Origin: Porphyridium purpureum
Lineage: Eukaryota
DNA: 64,000 bases
Assembly: GCA_008690995.1 (NCBI GenBank)
Contig: VRMN01000011.1
Span: forward strand, 124,001 to 188,000
Direction of reading: 5' to 3'
This document shows, piece by piece, positions 56,371 to 64,000 of the stretch. The position numbers and the translations under genes are program-made. The first letter of the stretch is position 1. Each line of letters begins with the position of its first letter. The notes beneath the pieces are model-generated. The model was given only the letters and a program-made list of their open reading frames with translations. It was not told where the DNA came from and did no database searches.

Positions 56371-57155
56371 GACTCCAGCGAGTCTCCCTCCAGCTGCTGG
56401 ATAGTCTTCCTTGCCTCGGGACACTTCCTGGCGATGTGTCCCGGCTTTCCACAATTCCAGCATTTGAGCTCGGTACGAACACGCCTCTGACCCTGCACAT
56501 GTCCCAGCTCCATCGGGACGGGTCCTTCCTGCGCTGCACGACCGAAAAATGGCGTCCTCACACTTGAATCACGCACGCCGCGGGTCGCATGAATGGCGTC
56601 GTCCACGACCACCGCCACCTGCGCAGCCTCCGCGAACGTACTCACTCCTCGCTTGTACACTTCCAAGCGGACCTCGGGCTTCAGACCCCTCACAAAGCGG
56701 TCCATCATTTCTGCGTCCGACAAGTCCGGAATCACAAGTGCCGCGTCCTGAAAAGCCGCCACATACGCATGGGCCGGGCCTTTCTGCGAAAGACGCGTCA
56801 ACTTGTCCCTTGCACGCCTGATCGAATCCTGCGGCGTGAACCGAGCACTCACGAGGGCAGCAAAATCATTCCACGTCGTGGGGATCTCCTGCGGGTAGCG
56901 TTCGCAGTTTAGAACCCACCAATGAAGCGCCTCTCCCTCGAAATAGTCTGATGCCAAGTCCACAGCACGCCTCTCCGCAAGCAGACGTTTCTCCAAATCG
57001 TCCGGGTGGATGCTCTCCAACAGCCGGCCCAAGATCTTCTTTCTCGCCTGGAACAGCCACGTCTTCACAACCAGAAGGTCCCTCTTCCCGTCGAACCTCA
57101 TCAGACGGGCCTCCTTCGGGCCACGTGGTCCCAGCGTCTCCGAATCAATCTCCAT
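56349..57155 (-). CDS. gag: Gag
   Basis: Retrotransposon gag/MHR-like region (LSQKG..YV..F, FVRGLKP), GPVPMEL, CCHC knuckle CWNCGKPGHIARKC. Confidence 0.93.
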   Translation of the reverse strand: MEIDSETLGPRGPKEARLMRFDGKRDLLVVKTWLFQARKKILGRLLESIHPDDLEKRLLAERRAVDLASDYFEGEALHWWVLNCERYPQEIPTTWNDFAALVSARFTPQDSIRRARDKLTRLSQKGPAHAYVAAFQDAALVIPDLSDAEMMDRFVRGLKPEVRLEVYKRGVSTFAEAAQVAVVVDDAIHATRGVRDSSVRTPFFGRAAQEGPVPMELGHVQGQRRVRTELKCWNCGKPGHIARKCPEARKTIQQLEGDSLESKNEELE

Positions 57156-57704
57156 GCTTTCTGGAAACAAGCACACTCAACGACGACAACGACACAAACA
57201 GCGAGTCTCCGCTGCTCACACTGTCGAACAGCTGCGCGCAACACGAACGGGCTTCGATTGCCCTCACGAACACAAACCGACACACGAAGCGGTCCTCTCA
57301 CGCACACACACGCACAGCAATCTTCTCACGCAAACACAACAAAGCACACAGCAATCCTCCTCTGTTGCGCTGGATGGGGAGCGGCCCGGGCCTTTGCACT
57401 GGGGCGGGGATTATAGATGCGATCTTGTATGGAGGTGTTCGGCGCCTACCTTCGCAAAGGTGGTCGTGCGACACTAGGATGAATCCTAGTGAAGGCTGAC
57501 CGTTACGGCTCTTGCCTACTAATGCGTGCTAAGGCAGAGAGCGAGTCCGCCGTCAAGGCCTAGGCCTATCGTACAGCCAAGACTGAGACCCGCTTCCACC
57601 CGTCGCACCCTCCGGATCGACTTACTCGAACCCCCTTACCCGCAGACTCTCCCACCCAGGCAACCCCAGAGAAACTCTAAGAGAACCTTAGAGCAACCCC
57701 AGGT

Positions 57705-57721
57705 AACCAGCGATGATACCA
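57705..57721 (-). other. Primer binding site (initiator tRNA-Met-like)
   Basis: TGGTATCATCGCTGGTT, 2 nt downstream of the 5' LTR; resembles the canonical TGGTATCAGAGC. Confidence 0.75.
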
Positions 57722-57723
57722 AA

Positions 57724-58020
57724 TGTTACCAATGCTGTGCCTTTATTCTCTCTCTCTTCTTCTTACCTCTTCTGTCTCCGAGCAAGACCTGACCGGCTAG
57801 TCCGGGCAGGCGCGTCGCCTTTTTATACCCTTACTTCCGTCAGGGACAGCAAGGCGCCAAGAAAAATGACAATGCAAACCATTGGCATTTCTGCGCGCGT
57901 CTAGAAGGTTCTGGAACCTCTAGAAGCTTCTAGAAACGGTTAAACGGCCTACCGGTTTAACGGCTTACCGGTTTCGGATTAACTGAACCGTTCTAGGTGA
58001 CTGGGGTCGAACGGATAACA
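57724..58020 (-). repeat. 5' LTR (297 bp)
   Basis: Direct repeat of 52573-52852; GTATAAAA TATA and AATAAA on the element strand. Confidence 0.95.
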
Positions 58021-58386
58021 CTGCTTCCCTCGGACACGCGACTTCGGCTCCTCGGGGCGAAAGACAACAATGCACAAACCAGAGGTACAGGGTAAAAAAC
58101 CACGCGGGCGAAAAAGCCCCTGTACCTCAAACAATTCCGAGACGCCGTACCTCCGGGTGTACACCCAGGGCGTCTCTCGGACCGGAACACTTTTAATCCA
58201 TGTTTATCATAGAGAAGGTACAGTCTGCCCGCCACATCATGCTGACGTGAAACCCTAACGATGTGGAGTAGGTTGGACGACGGCCGCGAGTATCCAGCAT
58301 GGCGAGAAGGGCGAAGGGGGAGTGCGGAAGGCGTTTGGCGCTGATTGTGGGTCTTGGGCATCTGTTCACAGAGAAGCAAGCTCAGA

Positions 58387-59142
58387 ATGATCCTCGTGCT
58401 GCTTCTGTTAGCGGCTTCTGCGCTGGGGATGATGGGCGCAGCCGCGCAGGATGAAATCCCGTGCGTGGTGTTGTGCTACCAGCGCGACTTCAAATGCTTC
58501 GTGGGGACTGAAGGGGACTGCTCAGAGTACGAGTGTTCGGGCTTGATTCCGTATTTTCTAGATGAAAAGACACAAAGGCCCGAGTTCCCAGCAGGGTCCT
58601 GCTGGTATGATGAGATGGATGTCGGCGTGTGCAAGAACCCAGATTGCTCAGAGAGGCTCTGTCAATCGTCGATGCTCCTCAACGACTGGGTGCTCAATGT
58701 AATGTCGACGTCGGTCGGGGACAACGCTTCTTGCGCAAATGTCTGTGCACAAGTGCCTGGAAATAGGCCGTGTAATCGCGAGGCGACGGCAGCGCTAAAC
58801 TCACCCGAAGCCATCGTCGACGTTTTCGAGCAGAATTTTTATCCCTTCACGTGCAACACGCTCGGTGGCGGGGCTTATCCCCTCGAGGCACCGGGCGGGA
58901 TTGGTGGTGGATGCACGTTCATCCGGGATTCAGAAGCGTACACGTGCGAATCGGTGATCCCGGGCGCAGAGCCCGAAGTCTTCTTGTCGGTATGCTGCTG
59001 TGGTTCCAACTGCCCTTTGTCTTCTTTCCAGGCACAGTCTTTCGGCGGGGATGGCAGCTTGTATGCCTGGCACGCGAACGTCCAACCTGCACCAGAGCGT
59101 GCAGTCGAACTGCAAGACCGGGTGTCCAAGTTTAACACATGA
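58387..59142 (+). CDS. Secreted cysteine-rich protein (paralog B)
   Basis: Signal peptide ending AAA-Q; shares GTE.DCSEY.C, CK.PDC..RLC, NDWV.N, SCANVCAQ, YTCESVIP and SVCCCG.NCPL with paralog A. Confidence 0.85.
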   Translation: MILVLLLLAASALGMMGAAAQDEIPCVVLCYQRDFKCFVGTEGDCSEYECSGLIPYFLDEKTQRPEFPAGSCWYDEMDVGVCKNPDCSERLCQSSMLLNDWVLNVMSTSVGDNASCANVCAQVPGNRPCNREATAALNSPEAIVDVFEQNFYPFTCNTLGGGAYPLEAPGGIGGGCTFIRDSEAYTCESVIPGAEPEVFLSVCCCGSNCPLSSFQAQSFGGDGSLYAWHANVQPAPERAVELQDRVSKFNT

Positions 59143-59588
59143 AGTTTGTCCACGAATGAGACAAAGCTGAAACTGTCGTGACGCGTTTTGAAAGGCGCTG
59201 TTTCTAGAAGCCACGTGTCCTCTCCTTGATGCAGGCGTCTGTGAGCCGCCTGCAAAATAGTTGGAAACAAGATTGACACCTGCACGTCATGCTCGGTCTG
59301 ATTGCGAGCACTCAGCTTCGCTTCGGCTGTGAAATACGGAAGAAGAAGACAAGACTTTCGACTGCAATGCCCTGGACTTGACTCGAAACGACTTCCTGTG
59401 ACTAATCATCCATGTCTATACCTTGAACAGATGTACAATGTTCCTATACAATAGAATCCCGCATACTCTCTGTATCTATTCAGCAAAGAATTTGTGAACA
59501 AGCCGTACTCCAAGCTTTGCGGTGTGTTCGTTCCATTTTCAAGAATTTTTGTGAGCGAGAGCGTTTAACACGATGTCAAGTAATTGCC

Positions 59589-60561
59589 CTAAAAGAGCCG
59601 AAACTTACGTCGTGCCTTGGTCGCTTCACGAACCTTTTCACGTGTATCCAGCTCAATATCCTTATCCAGCTTCTTCAGCACAGTCAAGCACTTATCTGCC
59701 TCGTCGGCGGCTCCGAGATGCGCGTGCGAAAGAGCTCTTGACGCCCACGAGCGAGGATGATCAGGCACGAGACCGATGGCTTCGTTTGCATTTTCAAGGG
59801 CGCTTGCCTACACAGAAAGAATCAAGAAACAGGAGCGGAACGCGGGCTAGGGTGAGAATCTTCACGGGAACTTGAAAGAAAAAAGAGAAATGAGCTTCAA
59901 GCAGTGTCGAAGAAACGAAAGGAAAAAAAACAGGACATACCGCTTCGCCCTGCTGCAAACGCAACACTGCACAATTGGAAAGAAACGCAGCCTCCAAGTA
60001 TGCGCGACTCGGGCACGGGCTTGAGCCATTCCGCAAAAGCTGAATGGCGTTCTCAAAACAGCCCAGCGCCTGCTTTGTCGCATAGGCAGAGTCTGACTTG
60101 GACGCAATCTTCCGGGCCCTGTCGGCCTCTTCAAGCGCCTTTGCGACGGCGCTATTCAAATTGATGCCAACACCACCAGTTTGCCGCTCGGATCCTGCCG
60201 CATACCGCTCCGCGAGCTGCAAGATGGAGCTCACAGGCCGCATTCGGCGCTGGACGCGTTCATAGAAGACCACATTTGGGCCGTTGCCGCATTCTCCGAG
60301 GCACCCGCATTCTCTCACAACAGCACCATTCGCTCCAGCATCAAGCAAGCCATCCAGTGCTGCGGCGGTGAACTTTGAGCCGTCACGCACGCACGTCTTG
60401 CCCGTGCACACCAGGATGGGTGCGTGAACAAAACCATCCCGTTGGGACGTGTCTTCACCTCGTGCGCAACAGCGCAATGCGCATCGGTCTGCCGCGCGAC
60501 CATGCGCATGCGCGCGCGGGCGCGTGGATACCAACGCCGACCCAACGAACCCAAGCGCCAT
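59589..60561 (-). CDS. Plastid thioredoxin-like [2Fe-2S] ferredoxin + TPR protein; two exons (60561-59941, 59807-59589)
   Basis: VCTGKTC..DGS and CGCLGECGNGPN; GTATGT donor at 59940 and TAG acceptor at 59808; splicing completes a TPR. Confidence 0.85.
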
Positions 60562-61319
60562 TGAGGCCCCCGCGCCCGCAGCGCCGCTGCGCACACGAAT
60601 CTCTCCAACCGTTTCCCTGGCGGCAAACCGCACCCCAACCGCTGTACCTCCACCTCCTTGTTCTAAATGATGCCATGTCATCCTGTCATCATTCAGCGAA
60701 AAGTTAAAAATAGGCGCGCCGAACTTGACTAGCGCCGAGAGCGTCTGTCCGTCCCGCGCGTGTCCGTGCGCGTCTTTTTTTTTTTTGTTTTTGCCTGACC
60801 TTGCGATGCTCTTCTATGAAATCCGTCCGCTTTGATACGAACCGAGCCAGCGCACTATATACGCCGCGGTGTGTCGGTTTCTGTATAAACGGTATTGTTT
60901 TGATAGACGCGTTCGAACGTTTTGTGTTTGTGGGCAAGACGTTTCAAATCGGGGGGCCACCTTTCTCCTCCTCCTCCACCACCACCTAGTGAGTGTTTTT
61001 TCCAGTATGCTTTTGGAGGTGTTTAGTTATGATGTTGCGGTTTTGGTATCGCAGATGAGGAAAGGGGGGCGTGTGTCGAGTGGTGAGGCGCGGCACGGGG
61101 ATGTAGGAAAGAAGCGCGTTTCAGTAGGACGTTGGTTCGAACCCGCGCCACGCGGAGAGGAGGGGGTTTGGTAGAAGGGCGTGTTTGTACAGTGGGAAGG
61201 GTGTGGCGGAGGAAGATGATGGAGCTGACGTTTCCGTAGGGATAAGGGAGGAGAGGCAGTGCGGAAGGGGGCGAGGAAGGGGGAGACAAGGGGGGGTGTC
61301 TCCGCGTGGGGTTTGCGCG

Positions 61320-63368
61320 ATGGCGGACACGGAGATGGCTCCGGTGGAGCTTGCGCCCGCCGCCGCAGAGACGGGGAGTGGGAAAGTGCCCACCGCCAGT
61401 GATGCGGGCGTGGGCGGGTTGGCGAGCATGTTTGCGGCCAAGGACGAGGCTGCAAAGGAGCCGCTGCCGCTGAAGGAGCTCAAGAAGCTGCGCACCATGG
61501 AGCGGCGTGAGAGCAGCGATCAGGGTGAAGCCGCGACTTTGGTCACTAAGACGAGCGGGAAAGCCGCGGCGGGTTCGGCGGAAATCACGCCCGCGGACGC
61601 GGCGCCGGGCGAGGCGATGGCGCGCGCGCCCTCCAGGTCGCTCTCAAGGAGGAAGTCGTCCATGTCACGTCGGTCGCTGAAGCGCACCGATCAGTCGGCC
61701 ATGGATCCTGAATTCCCGCCAGAGCCGGAAATGACCGAGGAGGAGCGTGCCAAGCTGTATGCGGAACGCGAGACTGCGTGGGCCAAGGAGAAGGAGGAGT
61801 ACGAGAAATTGCTAGCTGAAAAGGAGCTTGTACTGAACAAGTGGAAGAAGACGGTCCGTGTGGCAGAGTCTACACAGCGCGTGAAGGATCGTCGAAAGAT
61901 CGTCAAGCCGAAAAAGGTGAGAGTGATTCCAGATTATATTGAGGCAGACTTGTACGGGCGCGGATTCGACTACATTTTCGGTGAGTACGCGCAAGAGTAC
62001 ACAGTCCTGGAAGCCGCACAAAAGCTCGAGATGATTCGGAACAAGAAGGCGCACGTGCAGCCGGGAGAGTACGTCGATTATGATGTGTATGGTCGTGGTG
62101 ATCCGCGCATCTTTGGCGAGGGAGCGCACATCGAGAGCAAACGCCAGTGTGCCGAAGTGTCACTGGCCAAACAGGAGGAAGCGTCCAAGAAGCCAGCGAA
62201 GAGCAAGATTAAGTTCCCAGTGGGCGCAGATAATTACTATCGCGATTACGAGAAGGAAAAGGCATCGATGTTGCGCTCGGTCAGCCAGAAGGTCACACCG
62301 CTCAAGGCAAACGTGTATGACGCGGCCGACACGGCAGCAGATGAACTCGTCATGGCTACCATGGAGGATATCTTGCTCAACACAGAGTTTGACCTCGAGA
62401 AGCTCGCGGAAATGGATGCCGAAGCGGCTGAGAAAGAGGCAGAGATGGTAAAGGCCACGGGTGTACCGGCCGACGGAACAGCAGTCACACCCACAACCAT
62501 CATGGAGGGTGATGCGGCTGCAGCTGCCGTGGCAGAACCGGCTCCTGCAGTCGCAGCCGACCTTGTGCCCGTAGCACCAGAAAAGCGCGCGGACTTCCAA
62601 CAGTTGAAGTCGCGTGATTATGCTCTAGCAGATGAGTCGAACGCGGTGGTGGACGAGACGGCGAAAACAGACTTTAAGTCTAAGTTTTCGATGTTTGAGG
62701 CGGACAAACCGGTCAAGAAGGAAGACCCGCAACCTGAGAATGTCGCTTCATCGTCAGCTGAAGCCGTTCCTGGACCTCTTGGTGAGTCTGCTGCGGATGC
62801 AGCGGTCGAGTCAGAGCCAGTGGAGGCTGAAGAGCAGGCGATAGAGAAGACTTTTGTTCCAGCACCGGCAGTATTGGATGAGACCGAAGCCTCTCCTGAA
62901 GCAGCGCAAGCGGCACCGGAAACCGCATCGGCAGCCGAGCCAGCAGCTGTACCAGAGCCTGCCGCGGAGGAAGATGGGGTCGCCGAAGAAGCCGTCGAGG
63001 ATGCACAACAGGAAGACAAGGAAGAGGAACCTGCCGCAGTTGTTGCGGCGGCGGCGGTAGCAGGGCCGCCAGGTCGTCCACCAAAGCCCCAAACGACTGC
63101 ATATGAGAATGTTCCGGCACCGCCGGAGCAGGTAGATTACACTGGCACGGGAGGAGTCCTTTCCAGCGGGGCCGAAAGTGAGGATGTGGAAGCTGTGGCT
63201 TCCGGCACCGGCGAACCGGTGAAGAAGAAGAAAAAGAAGAAGAAGGTGACGTCCGACAGCGAGGGTATGTCAGACGTCATGTCCGCAGACGGTACTGGGG
63301 CCGATGGCGAAGTCAAGAAGAAGAAGAAGAAGAAAAAGAAGCCGGTCGCTGAGGCAGTCCCCGCATAA
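61320..63368 (+). CDS. Hypothetical acidic Ala/Glu/Pro-rich protein with poly-Lys tail
   Basis: Long ORF with host codon bias; coiled coil; duplicated D(L/V)YGRG...IFGE motif. Confidence 0.75.
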   Translation: MADTEMAPVELAPAAAETGSGKVPTASDAGVGGLASMFAAKDEAAKEPLPLKELKKLRTMERRESSDQGEAATLVTKTSGKAAAGSAEITPADAAPGEAMARAPSRSLSRRKSSMSRRSLKRTDQSAMDPEFPPEPEMTEEERAKLYAERETAWAKEKEEYEKLLAEKELVLNKWKKTVRVAESTQRVKDRRKIVKPKKVRVIPDYIEADLYGRGFDYIFGEYAQEYTVLEAAQKLEMIRNKKAHVQPGEYVDYDVYGRGDPRIFGEGAHIESKRQCAEVSLAKQEEASKKPAKSKIKFPVGADNYYRDYEKEKASMLRSVSQKVTPLKANVYDAADTAADELVMATMEDILLNTEFDLEKLAEMDAEAAEKEAEMVKATGVPADGTAVTPTTIMEGDAAAAAVAEPAPAVAADLVPVAPEKRADFQQLKSRDYALADESNAVVDETAKTDFKSKFSMFEADKPVKKEDPQPENVASSSAEAVPGPLGESAADAAVESEPVEAEEQAIEKTFVPAPAVLDETEASPEAAQAAPETASAAEPAAVPEPAAEEDGVAEEAVEDAQQEDKEEEPAAVVAAAAVAGPPGRPPKPQTTAYENVPAPPEQVDYTGTGGVLSSGAESEDVEAVASGTGEPVKKKKKKKKVTSDSEGMSDVMSADGTGADGEVKKKKKKKKKPVAEAVPA

Positions 63369-64000
63369 ATGAAGGGTCCGATGAGTGCTTGATTCGCACC
63401 GTTCTGATTCCGTTTAGATAGGAGTGTGCTCTCGTCGTGAATCTTTGGTGCAGTCCTTTTTTTTCTGACTCGGATTTCTAGCCCTTGTCTTCTTTGACTG
63501 TATATTGGCTTTAATCTTCTTTGACTTGTAGGCGGTGTTTTTTCATAAGAGAACGTTGCTGTGTGTGGTGGTCAAACTCACTAGATGCGGGCTTGAAGCT
63601 CAATCCCAAGCATGCGAGTTTGACGGTTTCGCAACTGATTTGTTTTTCATGGTTGGAGGGGTCCGAATCAATTCTGTTTGCAGACAGGCGTTGAAGGGTT
63701 GCCTTGTTGGCAGGGCGGATCCTGTACACCGATTCGTGTTTGCTAGTCGCGGACGCGGGCTCGGTGGATATGTTGGTACGGAGTGATGCAGTGCCGTGCG
63801 GTACGGTGCGCCAATGTGGGGAATGAGCTCAGCGCTGATACCATGTCGTTTTCGGGCAGGTAGTAGATGTCTGGGCTTCTTGTCTCTTGTGTGCTCTAGC
63901 AGTTTCCGGTGGCCGGCGCAGTTGCAAGATAATTTTGGTGTCGTTGTGACCTGTAGTTTTCATCTTCGTAATGAACGAATGCAGCCTTGCGTCGTCGTGG

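Larger units (their letters stand above)
52573..58020 (-). mobile_element. Full-length Ty3/Gypsy LTR retrotransposon
   Basis: TG...CA LTRs, 5-bp TSD CTGCT (52568-52572 and 58021-58025), PBS, PPT, intact gag and pol in PR-RT-RH-IN order. Confidence 0.97.

Noticed and set aside
58250..58259. AAACCCTAA telo-box/telomere-like motif (also TTAGGG at ~116 and ~33801)
   Set aside because: Isolated single copies; no array

Overview
Gene-dense, almost intron-free eukaryotic nuclear DNA from a phycoerythrin-containing red alga, consistent with Porphyridium. This is inferred from nuclear-encoded PebA, FtrV, Cpn20, PsbP-like and BolA genes with red-algal-type 'MAF/AFV' plastid transit peptides. The first ~31 kb is mostly housekeeping genes (mtHsp70, SRP72, EndoU, ABC1 kinase, uL15m, CaMK, serine acetyltransferase, CCT8, Arc1p-like, bZIP, HisI) plus a decayed ankyrin pseudogene. 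From ~32 to 59 kb lies an accessory region: two paralogous secreted Cys-rich proteins bracket a tandem array of four C2H2 zinc-finger genes with an unrecognised N-terminal domain, an ftrV-pebA-bolA trio, and a full-length Ty3/Gypsy LTR retrotransposon (LTRs, TSD, PBS, PPT, -1 frameshift). One GT-AG intron was found, in a 2Fe-2S/TPR gene. The most intriguing candidates are two small membrane proteins, one resembling the metazoan Na,K-ATPase beta-subunit N-terminus/TM and one resembling fungal Mim1, and a tandem cis-element shared by the LTR and a host bidirectional promoter. All homology calls were made by eye from remembered family motifs, with no database search.
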